NCBI GenBank assembly: GCA_048128005.1
Contig: JBEUKZ010000131.1
Coordinates: 248,001-312,000, forward strand
DNA: 64,000 nucleotides
Direction: 5' to 3'
DNA from: Veleropilina oligotropha
Taxonomy: Eukaryota
A program made the translations under genes and the position numbers. This document shows positions 55,901-62,239 of the stretch, piece after piece. The notes under the pieces were generated by a model that ran no database searches, was not told the DNA's origin, and saw only the letters and a list, made by a program, of their open reading frames with translations. The first letter of the stretch is position 1; every line of letters starts with the position of its first letter.

Positions 55901-58900
55901 AAAGATTGTGACACTATGTTTTCCTATGAATGCAGTCTGCTTTGAACACAGTGACTTTCATTGCCTCATAGTTAACACAATTAAGACGTCATTTCATCCA
56001 TCAACTGAAAATCATCTGTAATTTGTCTTGCAGAAATTTCAGCCGAATTCACGATTCCCCTGAAGGACGTGACCGCATATGAGAAGTCTGCTGTGGAGTT
56101 TGTGGTTGAGCTGTCATGCGATGTTGACAAGGTTCAGTGGTTCCTAGACGATGAGGAGCTATTTGATGATGATAAAGTGCAGATCGTCCCCGATGGTCGC
56201 ACGCATAAACTGATCATCAAGAACATCAACTTGGAGGATGCCGGCCAGATCAAGGCTCAAGTGGGCGACAAATTCACAGCAGCCGTCTTAACAGTGCAGG
56301 AACTCGCAGCTGACTTCACTGCCACTCTTCCAGATATCACCGCTATGGAGAAAACAACGGCTGAATTTGTTTGTGAGCTGACGAAGCCAGTCGACAAAGT
56401 CAGATGGTTTCTGGATGATATGGAACTCCTGCCAAGTAAGCAAGTGGAGATTATCTCTGATGGCAAAATTCAAAAGTTATTCGTAAACGATTTGGTTCCA
56501 GAAGATGCTGGGGTCATCAAAATTCAGGTAGGAGATAAATACACAACTGCCAAATTAATTGTTGAAGAACTCCCAGCTGAATTTACACTTGATTTGAAGG
56601 ACGTAACAGCTATGGAGAAAACTACTGCAGAACTTGTGTGCCATCTGTCAAAACCAGTGGAGAAGGTCAGTTGGTTTATTGACGACACCGAAATCAAACC
56701 CCAAGCAAAGGTGTCTTTTAGTGATGAAGGATTAGTGCACAAAGTGATCATCAAGGATTTAGCATTGACAGATGCCGGACAAATTATTGCAAAAGTGGGC
56801 GAAAAAACAACCTCTGCAAAATTAACTGTTACGGAACTGCCACTTGAGTTTATGACTCCATTGTCTGATGTCACGGTAATGGAGAAATCGACAGCAGTCT
56901 TCGAGTGCGAGTTAAGCAAAGATGTAGAGAAAGCACGCTGGTTTTTGGACAATGTTGAACTTCGGCAGTCAAATTTGATCAAATTTATCAAAGATGGAAA
57001 GAAACATCAGTTGATTATGGACAATGTGGCTGTTGAAGATGAGGGCCAAATCTCGGTGACTGTCGAGGATAAAACATCTGCTGCCAATATCTTTGTTCAA
57101 GGTAATATATCATTTAATTATTTACATAAGAATAAGAAATAATCATCAGTCAGCTAGTTAAATGTCTGTTTTGACCGATGCCGCATTCAGCTGTTCGTGG
57201 TACTGTAAAACACTATATTTTGGCGGCCTTAATATTTCGCTATTTTCAAAAATGAAACAATGCAACGCCTCTAAATTTCGCGAATTTTAATGCAATGCAC
57301 ATTTTTAGGCGGTCCAACCAAAAATATGCGATCATTTAATTTCGCGAATATTTTTTGAACGCGAAACTCGCATAAATTTAAGGCTCGCTAACAAATATGA
57401 TTTTACAGTATTTGAACTTTCATCTCTGTTGCTTGGTTATAGATGTATCTGTGATCAAATATATAATTGTTTTTGTTTAGCATCATCAAAATGGTTTGTA
57501 TCAAGACTTCTGTGATGTTTTCAAAAGCGTTATTTTTAGGCTAATTTTAAAAAATATGGCATTTTCAGATATTTGTGGATCAGTAGATACTGTGCTATAC
57601 TTGTATTCTGTTCAAACTTATTAATCTACAATATTTGTTTTCCTGTAGAACTACCTCCTGACTTTGCTTTGGGGCTTAACGATGTCGCCATTCAAGAGGG
57701 CGACACCGCGACATTCACCTGTGAGGTTTCCAAGAAGGGCACCACCGTGAAATGGTTCCAAAATGGGCATGAAATCAACGAAGATGAGAGGTTTGAGGTC
57801 CTGTCTATGGATAGAGTACACAAGCTCATCATAAAAGATGCTATACTTGCCGATGGGGGAACAATCACAGCCAAGGTTGAAGACCAGAAGACGACAGCCA
57901 AGCTGGTTGTTGATGGTAAGCCATTTTACTAATCTCTGCAAATGCAAATTGATCAGTTAATTTCTGTTTTATTGTGAGATTCATAGCACATTCCGTCACA
58001 TTAATCCTTGATTCATTAAATTAAATCCAGGTTAAATGTCATGTTTGCCTTCATTAAAGAAACTTTCTACTTACAATACATACCTACTCGAGAACCTGCA
58101 AAAAATATTCATTGCTATGCAGATATTCTGTTGCAAATTCTGTAAAGGCATTGGTTTATACTATATACATTAAAGTAGCCCTCATTGTTATGATATATCT
58201 AATCTTGCATTATGATTTCATTATTTACTAAATATTTAACCAGCACAATGTCATGTAATAATTTGTACGTACATTGTATGTTTACTTACACCACAATGTC
58301 CATTTCACTATATTGTTATATTGTTAAAATGCAGACCATCCGTCCGTTCGTGCAAATTATCTTTTCCGGAGCATATCTGATACACCGCTCGACATAACTT
58401 TTCGAAACTTCCTGGGTGTTTTAAGTACTTGGTGAACTGGTGCCTTTTGCTACTTTCGACGTTGTGTCGCTATTATTAACAGAGTTATTTCCCTTGGTCA
58501 AAATTCGTTAATGTTATCTTTTCCGGAGCATAGCTCATACACCGCTTGACATAACTTTACGAAACCTGCTCGATGTATTCAGTAGTCGGTGAACTGGTGC
58601 CTTTTGATAGTTTCGACGTTGTGTGGCGATCATTAACAGAGTTATTTCCCTTGTTCGAAATTCGTTAAAATGCTCTCTTTTCCGGAGCATAGCTCATACA
58701 CCCTCTCGACATAACTTTACGAAACTTGCTGGATATATTAAGTAGTCGGTGAACTGGTGCCTTTTGCTAGTTTCGACGTTGTGTGGGATATTTTAAGTAG
58801 TCGGTGAAATGGTGCCTTTTGCTAGTTTTGATGTTGTGTGGTGATCATAAACAGAGTTATTGCCCTTGTTGTTAATTTGTTACTGTTCTCCTTTCCAAAG

Positions 58901-60592
58901 CTTATCTCTTAATTCGCTTGGCATAACTTTATGCAATTTGGTGGGTGTATTAAGCAGTTGTTGAACTGGTGCCTTTCGTTAATTTCGACGTTGTAGGTCA
59001 AATATTCACAGAGTTATTTCCGTTGCTTTAATTTGTTATTCCCGACTATATCTCATACAGTGCTTGACTTATCATTACGAAACTTGGTGGGTGTATTCAG
59101 TAGTTGGTTAACTGGTGCTTTTTTTTAACGTGGCCTCATCATTAATGACGGAGTCATTTCCTTTGTTATTATTTAAATCAATGATATTATTTCAAGAACA
59201 TTCAGCATATAGTCATTATTGTGAATGTACTAGTGCGGGGGATATTGATGGCTTTGTCTTCTTGTTGTTATGTTTTGTGTGCTGGGGAGACCGTCTTCCT
59301 CTTCACAAAAGCATTTGTCTTCATCGTTACCGGTACTCAGTGCTTTTGAATATTCCCTCATTTGTTCAAAACGTCATTTATTGTGGTAAAAAATTATTCC
59401 AAAGTTCTTTATATTTGCATGTCATGATATCAATTGGGGACGTGCATGATTTGTGATTCTCATTGTCCACACTAACCCTAATTACAGAGATCCCAGCTGT
59501 GTTTGTCAAGGGCTTGGCTCCAACACAGATCATGGAGCAGGAAACACTATCCATGGACGTAACGCTGTCCAGACCAGCTAGCGTCATGTGGCTGGTCGAT
59601 GATATGGAAATCGAGCAAAACACAGAGAAATATGAGTTCACAATTCAAGACACAACCCATCAGATGGACGTGTTTAATGTAAACTTGAGCGATGAAGGCG
59701 AATATTCATGTGTCGTTGGAGAGAATAAAACGTCTGCCTATGTCACTGTCTATGGTAAATATGTCATGTTTGATGGAATTATATTGAAATAATGCAGAGT
59801 TCATAGATCTTGTAAACTAGTGATATTGTGACGACAAGGAGAAAATTGTCAAGCATACGATTGGCGATGTCAGAATGAAATTGAAAGTTGAATCTGTACA
59901 TTGGATATACAGGTTTAGTATGTCATTGCCATTATATCAATGCCGATATCCATTTTAAAATAATTGTTTCTATTTATATTGATTATATCTGTTTTGCACG
60001 AATAATATGATACTAAGCTAACTGTTTTAAAATATATATCACATGAATAACTCACTAACTGTTATATTTGTATTGGATGCACCATGTTAACAAAAGAAGC
60101 CCATTTGCATGTATGGTGTAGGCATATATGTATAACACTATCATTGTAACCACTGCAAACAGGGTTTATGCAATAGATAATACACTGCCAGCCCGAACGT
60201 TATTGCATGTTATCATATTCTTTTAAATGATACTTGTTAATGGAGTTATATTGCATGAGACGTACACAATTGTCAGTGTTGATGTAACGTCGTTTGATTA
60301 CAAGTTTCGCATTATCCACATTCAGAACGTCCAGTGGAATTCACTGCTGAATTAGCGGAACAGCGTGTCGAGGAGCACAAAGCTGCATACTTCACCTGCA
60401 CGGTCAACAAAGATGACGTCACCGTTACATGGTTAAAGAATGGGGAGAAGATCACACCCGATGAAAAGCATGTGATCTTAGACGACGGGTGTGTCCACAC
60501 GCTGATTATCAACAACACGGACATGTCCGATGTCGCCGAATACACGGTCATCATTGGCGACAAGACCAGCTCCGCTAAGCTACATCTTGATG
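1..60592 (+). CDS. TTN: Titin/connectin-like giant muscle protein gene, internal part (41 exons, about 6,870 aa in window, 24 Ig I-set domains; 5' and 3' ends outside window)
   Basis: All 41 exons have GT/AG boundaries with mutually compatible phases. Summed exon length is 20,611 nt = 3n+1, matching the final phase-1 donor. Repeated I-set Ig signatures (P.F...L....V.EG....F.C...G.P.P.V.W...D.G.Y.C.A.N..G), acidic repeat regions and a WSKGKW Ig resembling titin I80. Orthology (TTN vs sallimus/obscurin-like) is not proven. Confidence 0.8.
5326..6675 (+). repeat. Coding tandem repeat, 135-bp (45-aa) unit x about 10 with 270-bp higher-order period
   Basis: MPDQ/MSDQ/IPDQ starts every 135 nt (5326, 5461 ... 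6541); gttggtgttttga recurs at 5701, 5971 and 6241. Confidence 0.9.
9340..9504 (+). CDS. Titin-like exon, acidic linker (GYDQPKQEEEQPIS...EKLVTA)
   Basis: tttaag| acceptor, G|gtgagt donor, 165 nt, phase 1-1, acidic translation. Confidence 0.8.
9734..9883 (+). CDS. Titin-like exon, E/V/P/K-rich (PEVK-like) linker
   Basis: atcag| acceptor, G|gtatgt donor, 150 nt, phase 1-1: EEEKEDVSDEDLKVEVIPTETTEEPKIEELPLEV... Confidence 0.85.
10068..10736 (+). mobile_element. Non-autonomous Helentron/HINE-like element with about 145-bp internal tandem repeats
   Basis: gtct microsatellite near the 5' end, then ccaaaattcccttccgct... units at about 10130, 10267, 10412 and 10558. Confidence 0.6.
11607..11903 (+). 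CDS. Titin-like exon, Ig I-set domain 1
   Basis: tttcag| ... CAG|gtgaga, 297 nt: APEVIQPMKDV...FECQIIGNPCPTITWY...DAGQYTAVAKN. Confidence 0.93.
12015..13175 (+). mobile_element. Non-autonomous Helentron/HINE-like element with about 182-bp internal tandem repeats
   Basis: 5' hairpin atgccccgggac..gtcccgaagggcat, (cgta)n microsatellite, about 4.3 ggttaaagttttt units, 3' hairpin atgttcc-ga-ggaacat, ends ctagtt. Confidence 0.7.
13305..13462 (+). CDS. Titin-like exon, linker plus N-half of Ig 2
   Basis: tttag| ... GAG|gtttgt: APEKPITE...APSFVQKPKFQTVDEGTDVIFESSLISNPEPE. Confidence 0.88.
13967..14159 (+). CDS. Titin-like exon, C-half of Ig 2
   Basis: tttcag| ... A|gtaagt: IHWMLDN...EDAGVFKVVTTNPRG. 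Confidence 0.9.
14183..14518 (+). mobile_element. Non-autonomous Helitron-like element
   Basis: Starts at TC, (gtct)n, three GC hairpins near the 3' end (last is gctgaatt-a-gagctccc-gaa-gggagctc-aattcagc), ends CTAG|T. Confidence 0.7.
14756..14807 (+). CDS. Mini-exon with DFRxxL motif 1 (KPEPEQVDFRDKLTTEV)
   Basis: tgcag| ... GT|gtaagt, 52 nt, phase 1-2. It is needed to keep frame between its neighbours. Confidence 0.85.
15295..15375 (+). CDS. Mini-exon with DFRxxL motif 2 (KTKVDVRYNVEQVDFRSLLKKSSIKSK)
   Basis: gcag| ... AA|gtgagt, 81 nt, symmetric phase 2-2; shares EQVDFR with both neighbours. Confidence 0.8.
15467..16107 (+). mobile_element. Non-autonomous Helentron/HINE-like element
   Basis: atgtctcccc at the 5' end is inverted as ggggagacat near the 3' end; (gtcc/gtct) microsatellite; three aaaggtcac..ctgttgctaaaaat units; ends ctagttt. 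Confidence 0.7.
17919..18212 (-). mobile_element. Non-autonomous Helitron-like element (nested)
   Basis: On the minus strand: starts A|TC, (gtct)n, 3' hairpin tacccg-gcgaaga-cgggta, ends CTAG|T. Confidence 0.75.
18613..18870 (-). mobile_element. tRNA-derived SINE (family A), nested
   Basis: Minus strand has A box TAGCGCAGTGG and B-box-like GGATCGACCCC. Flanked by direct repeat ccatagcag (18604 and 18871). Homologous to 61400-61665. Confidence 0.8.
19360..19820 (-). mobile_element. Helentron/HINE-like element with (TA)n tract
   Basis: Terminal hairpin atgtcttg..caagacat at about 19780-19815, (TA)n at 19716-19762, aacaag at the left end. Confidence 0.5.
19986..20088 (+). CDS. Mini-exon with DFRxxL motif 3 (KFTLDQEPE...EQVDFRDVLTKRVIE)
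   Basis: tgtag| ... GAG|gtgaga, 103 nt, phase 2-0. Confidence 0.85.
20412..20712 (+). CDS. Titin-like exon, Ig 3
   Basis: cacag| ... G|gtaggt: APEIVIPIEDVTVQEGEMARFKCKIKGRPMPDILW...EDAGRYTVKAIN. Confidence 0.93.
21000..21118 (+). CDS. Titin-like exon, linker plus N-half of IQ motif (AAITIQSAFRGFK)
   Basis: tttcag| ... AAG|gtcaga, 119 nt, phase 1-0. Confidence 0.87.
21533..21805 (+). CDS. Titin-like exon, C-half of IQ motif (AREQVK) plus about 15-aa EPISEEITLDVITDQ repeats
   Basis: gtatag| ... GAG|gtaggc, 273 nt, phase 0-0. Confidence 0.87.
23462..27742 (+). CDS. Second giant acidic exon (about 1,427 codons), phase 0-0
   Basis: Lies within ORF 23357..27766. Acceptor gttgaag| at 23461 (in-frame alternative ttaaag| at 23434); donor CAG|gtaatt at 27742. 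Confidence 0.82.
23471..24160 (+). repeat. Coding tandem repeat, 231-bp (77-aa) unit x 3
   Basis: atccca.ctgccaaggaacc at 23471, 23702 and 23933. Confidence 0.93.
28823..28974 (+). CDS. Titin-like exon, N-half of Ig 4
   Basis: ttaag| ... TG|gttagt: APRKKVYED...APKFEQRLSDQEITEGETFYLTVKVAGSPQPQITW. Confidence 0.87.
29430..29611 (+). CDS. Titin-like exon, C-half of Ig 4
   Basis: tacag| ... G|gttggt: FRDDIQL...DDEAQYTCKATNPVSDVSCTADVLV. Confidence 0.9.
29935..31122. mobile_element. About 1.2-kb MITE with 13-bp TIR and apparent 6-bp TSD
   Basis: catacatgtgata / tatcacatgtatg, flanked on both sides by atattt; subterminal ttcgggag repeats. Confidence 0.7.
31247..31394 (+). CDS. Titin-like exon, N-half of Ig 5
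   Basis: tttcag| ... AT|gtaaat: GEAPLFIKKIADIEVQLGSNIYLECRIRGHPVPDVTWFKDG. Confidence 0.9.
32024..32442 (+). CDS. Titin-like exon, C-half of Ig 5 plus Ig 6
   Basis: tttcag| ... G|gtcggt: DDEGDYTVKLTNEKG...APVFSEPLSDVV...CKAENIVGED. Confidence 0.9.
33382..34586 (+). mobile_element. Helentron/HINE-like element with about 7 internal 140-150-bp tandem repeats
   Basis: tcgctttctgtcacatagaagac...ggtcaaaggtcaaggtca units; 5' ggcccgc vs 3' gcgggtc; ends ctagttt. Confidence 0.75.
35531..35834. mobile_element. About 300-bp MITE-like inverted-repeat element
   Basis: Perfect 19-bp IR gttggtaagctgagcatag / ctatgctcagcttaccaac; no TSD seen. Confidence 0.55.
36864..37930. mobile_element. Tc1/mariner-type MITE (TA TSD, long imperfect TIRs) with nested repeat fragments
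   Basis: ta|tactcgaccaaaaaagaaacgcacaccccac ... gtggggtgtgcgtttcttttttggttgagta|ta; imperfect inverted similarity extends about 190 bp. Confidence 0.8.
37352..37393 (-). ncRNA. Minimal type I hammerhead ribozyme, Penelope-like element type
   Basis: Minus strand reads UCCU-CUGAUGA-A-GACUCCAUGGUGGGUC-GAAACCGGUC-AGGA: intact core boxes, stem II GAC/GUC, palindromic ACCGGU stem III, stem I UCCU/AGGA. Confidence 0.75.
38814..39092 (+). CDS. Titin-like exon, Ig 7 (symmetric phase 1-1, between two 6-7 kb introns)
   Basis: ttgtag| ... AG|gtaggc, 279 nt: PARILSCPSSV...CNIDGIPAPTATW...DSATYTLNVDNGIG. Confidence 0.9.
39622..42945 (-). mobile_element. Helentron-like non-autonomous element hosting a second element
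   Basis: Minus-strand 5' hairpin tagggcttcaagc..gcttgaagcccta (42908-42942) and 3' end agctgctcgcagctttaatt; internal about 165-bp direct duplication (about 42392-42557 and 42559-42722). Confidence 0.6.
40501..42112 (+). mobile_element. Nested HINE-like element with (ggcgtc)n and about 4 x 180-bp tandem repeats
   Basis: Subterminal IR gctcgtctgtt / aacagacgagc, 3' hairpin gcatcg-tttt-gcggtgc, ggttaacctttgcgtt units at about 40606, 40761, 40941 and 41121. Confidence 0.75.
43300..44497 (-). pseudogene. 5'-truncated, frameshifted LINE (CR1/L2-group) reverse-transcriptase fragment
   Basis: Minus-strand motifs LSKAFDTINH, CGVPQGSTLGPLLFLLYINDL, ILFADD, KFLGVTIDNKLNWQYHI, HSYNTR and LWNSL, spread over different frames. 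Confidence 0.9.
46054..46157 (+). CDS. Titin-like exon, linker plus start of Ig 8
   Basis: tttag| ... CTG|gtgagc: APEFPEVTSVEEKPAPEAEPEGRAPEFILKIKPLL. Confidence 0.87.
46472..46712 (+). CDS. Titin-like exon, Ig 8
   Basis: tttcag| ... A|gtgagt: FCCEVVGEPQPDIRW...DAGTYSVTAENSLG. Confidence 0.92.
47175..47486 (+). CDS. Titin-like exon, Ig 9
   Basis: tttag| ... G|gtaagt: PPKFLVVIENVEATVGETAKFTCKAKGVPTPEVLW...DGRYTAVAKNEAG. Confidence 0.93.
47634..47756 (+). CDS. Titin-like exon, N-half of Ig 10
   Basis: tttcag| ... G|gtcagt: LPEFIKIPDSVTVREHDQAQILVRVTGNPKPT. Confidence 0.9.
48077..48320 (+). mobile_element. Decayed tRNA-SINE related to family A
   Basis: Head tggctactcagtggtt, 3' similarity tcccgc..atatgtcctgg, short gaaac tail repeats. 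Confidence 0.4.
48358..48537 (+). CDS. Titin-like exon, C-half of Ig 10
   Basis: cttag| ... G|gtgaga: VTWAFDN...EDAGPYTCIAKNTAG. Confidence 0.92.
48977..49074 (+). CDS. Titin-like exon, linker plus start of Ig 11
   Basis: tttcag| ... ACT|gtaagc: EIKRDERLSESPLVLRHKEETQPPQFMEVIHDT. Confidence 0.85.
49285..49361 (+). CDS. Titin-like exon, middle of Ig 11
   Basis: ttgcag| ... AG|gtgaga: TIEAQQTLSLSCTVTGVPRPSVLWFR. Confidence 0.88.
49697..49863 (+). CDS. Titin-like exon, C-half of Ig 11
   Basis: tttcag| ... G|gtgggt: NDKELSPSPKIKI...ADGTYKCLAMNSAG. Confidence 0.92.
50199..50313 (+). CDS. Titin-like exon, N-half of Ig 12
   Basis: ttgcag| ... TG|gtaagg: PPVFVRDLTDNECREGRPVKFDCTVSGLPEPDVLW. Confidence 0.92.
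50531..50715 (+). CDS. Titin-like exon, C-half of Ig 12
   Basis: attag| ... G|gtgagg: YINDKPV...ADSGIIKAIATNKVG. Confidence 0.9.
50745..51021 (-). mobile_element. tRNA-derived SINE (family B) with conserved central domain and L2-like 3' tail
   Basis: Minus strand: tRNA-like head (gtggtactgtggtag...gggttcaacccc), central ccttaggcaagg...cacccagctg...aaatgggtac, tail aagcgctttgag...aaagcgc..ataaat..(att)n. Confidence 0.7.
51333..51447 (+). CDS. Titin-like exon, N-half of Ig 13
   Basis: ttacag| ... TG|gtgagt: GPKFIKKLETVEILEHETARMEVMVKGKPRPTVIW. Confidence 0.92.
51665..51837 (+). CDS. Titin-like exon, C-half of Ig 13
   Basis: ttacag| ... C|gtaaga: LKGDKELKPSD...DEGGLYTARAINSSG. Confidence 0.92.
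52210..52321 (+). CDS. Titin-like exon, N-half of Ig 14
   Basis: tatag| ... TG|gtaaga: KPNIVKKIESALAPEHGSVKFECKVQGVPVPDVKW. Confidence 0.92.
52449..52678 (+). CDS. Titin-like exon, C-half of Ig 14 plus start of Ig 15
   Basis: tttcag| ... G|gtaagt: FIGDKEIEPSDK...AVAVNSGG...APTFKQVPLKCTLLE. Confidence 0.92.
52895..53180 (+). CDS. Titin-like exon, Ig 15 (WSKGKW, I80-like) plus start of helical linker
   Basis: tttcag| ... AG|gtacta: AEFRCIVDGEPSPKVEWSKGKWQKL...KDAGTYTVTLTNEHG...VVDWKAKLVHR. Confidence 0.92.
53582..53750 (+). CDS. Titin-like exon, unique linker (EVNWRDLLRHVE)
   Basis: ttgcag| ... GAG|gtctga, 169 nt, phase 2-0; needed for frame. Confidence 0.83.
54144..54347 (+). CDS. Titin-like exon, unique linker (VESEYTSLDY...EITKAK)
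   Basis: catcag| ... AAG|gtgagg, 204 nt, phase 0-0. Confidence 0.83.
54385..54490 (+). mobile_element. Truncated or decayed copy of SINE family A
   Basis: ttcggttgcagactc.gaaatcactg and tgtccgtaactggtcggagagg are shared with 61400-61665. Confidence 0.65.
54695..54953 (+). CDS. Titin-like exon, Ig 16 (first of the short tandem-type Igs)
   Basis: ttgcag| ... G|gtttgt: WVVPLEDMRVKERDAAMFECELS...WKVKGEEVIPTPKYAIKADG. Confidence 0.92.
55339..55605 (+). CDS. Titin-like exon, Ig 17 (267 nt)
   Basis: ttgcag| ... G|gtgagt, phase 1-1. Confidence 0.92.
56034..57101 (+). CDS. Titin-like exon, four tandem Igs 18-21 (1,068 nt = 4 x 267)
   Basis: ttgcag| ... G|gtaata; four 89-aa units starting EISAEF, ELAADF, ELPAEF and ELPLEF. 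Confidence 0.94.
57203..57408. mobile_element. About 200-bp MITE, TA TSD (Tc1/mariner-pogo type)
   Basis: ta|ctgtaaaa ... ttttacag|ta with internal aatttcgcgaa palindromic repeats. Confidence 0.75.
57649..57915 (+). CDS. Titin-like exon, Ig 22 (267 nt)
   Basis: ctgtag| ... G|gtaagc, phase 1-1. Confidence 0.93.
58335..59268 (+). repeat. HINE-like element with about 165-bp tandem units
   Basis: ttttccggagcat...gtgaactggtgccttttg...acagagttatt units; the same family is nested at about 37060-37180 and 37655-37700. Confidence 0.7.
59488..59754 (+). CDS. Titin-like exon, Ig 23 (267 nt)
   Basis: ttacag| ... G|gtaaat, phase 1-1. Confidence 0.92.
60326..60592 (+). CDS. Titin-like exon, Ig 24 (267 nt); gene continues beyond
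   Basis: ttcag| ... G|gtgagt, phase 1-1; no stop codon. Confidence 0.92.
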
Positions 60593-60725
60593 GTGAGTCC
60601 ATTGTGTATATTGCCATAAGTTGAGTAATATTGCAAATTGTGCATGGTAGCATATTGCTAGTAATGAGAATTTGAATTTGCGATATGTCAAATACTGATT
60701 GCATTTGAATTTGAGATATCAGGAC

Positions 60726-62156
60726 TAGGCCAGAGTATCGCAAGGTCTGTCACGATACGATACGTATTGCAATAGCTGTGTCACGATACGATTCTTATTG
60801 CAATACGTATCGCCATGTATTAGCAGATAAAATTTCAATAGTTATATGTAACAAATTATCTTAACTGCACTATTAACAACACACAGGCATAACATGACTT
60901 CACTCAATTCGACTATTTATTAATTGTCACTAAGCAAAACAAAGTTATCTGGTTTAACATTCACATAAATGTTGCATCTTTGTCAGATTTCAAATGAACA
61001 TATTGCACAATATCATAAGCCATTGAACCGCATCAATTAGTATGTAGATTCATTTTATGTTCTTAAGTGTTTTAAATTTTATAAATCTGTTTGTAGTTTC
61101 ATTATTTTTGTAAACATATAATTGCTGCCTAGATCGCGAACCCGAAACAATTATATTTAATCTAGAAAAAGATATATTTATTATCTTAGGCCTTAATACG
61201 TCCTCTGGACTTATTGTTGCATTTAACTTTTATTTTAAACCTTAATTAATTACACACCGCAAGTGCTTTTAAAATAATTATGTAATCGCCCACTGCAATC
61301 ATGCTATTCTCGGGAACAACCAATGAAAATATTTGTTACTGCGGTTCGAATTCCGGATTCATCAAGCCAAGCAATCATGAGCCGTGCTACGATGTTCATG
61401 CCGCTTCGACAGCCGTGTGGGTTCGGTTGCAGACTCCGAAAATCACTGGCTTGACGCGAACAGTAGTGGGTTCAAACCTCGACTGGGGCAGCACACATTT
61501 GTTCAAGTTATGAGTAACAGATGTCCGTAACTGGTCGGAGAGGGCGGGTTTCCCTGGGCGACCAGGCTTTCCTCCCGCGATAATACGGACATGTCCTGGT
61601 TTGAACCAAATGATGGTTGGAAATATACAGGACATTAAGCATCGATCCTTTACTTTCTTTCCTGTTAGGAACTCAACTGTCTTCATCTTTATGATTAACA
61701 GTGTACGTTGGGAAATAATGGATGCAAAGTAATTTTATCTACGTAAAGCAAGAATTTGGATATCAAAGAGAGATTTTAAAATAAAGTTTTCGCAGTAATT
61801 TGAGGGTAATGTGACTGCTTTTCATGTATGAGATGAATTTACTTCACTATAATGTTATATATGGCGTATTAAAACGGCACGCATGCACATTCAGATTTAT
61901 TTGACATGTTTACTGTGCCAATCGTACATATTACATAGATCTATACCAGTAGCGTAAGCTTCATAAAAGCTACGTTTACTCATCTCTTATCATCACTAGG
62001 CCTTTTTATAATATTAAAATACTTCCGACATCTGTTTTTTCATAGACTTGTATGAAAACAGGAGAGATAACTCAAACTTACAAGTATCGTGATACAGCCC
62101 CGCGATACGATACGCATATCATTGGCATGCCGTATCGATATATCGTTACACCTCTA
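60726..62156. mobile_element. Non-autonomous hAT-like transposon with 8-bp TSD; hosts a SINE
   Basis: atcaggac|TAGG... and ...cgttacacctCTA|atcaggac; clustered cgatac subterminal repeats at both ends. Confidence 0.85.
61400..61665 (+). mobile_element. tRNA-derived SINE (family A), nested in hAT-like element
   Basis: B box gggttcaaacc; colinear with the reverse complement of 18613-18870; ends in a cttt-rich tail. Confidence 0.8.
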
Positions 62157-62239
62157 ATCAGGACATTAGTAGCAATATACTCTACGTCATTACCTATGCC
62201 ATAATAGCCCTATTATCGCTAAACCGGAAACTGTGAAAA

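Noticed and set aside
1..60592. Assignment as twitchin/projectin, obscurin or MLCK
   Set aside because: No FN3, kinase, SH3 or RhoGEF domain in the window. Giant acidic exons, the I80-like Ig and tandem short Igs fit a titin I-band best, though flanking sequence is needed to be definitive.
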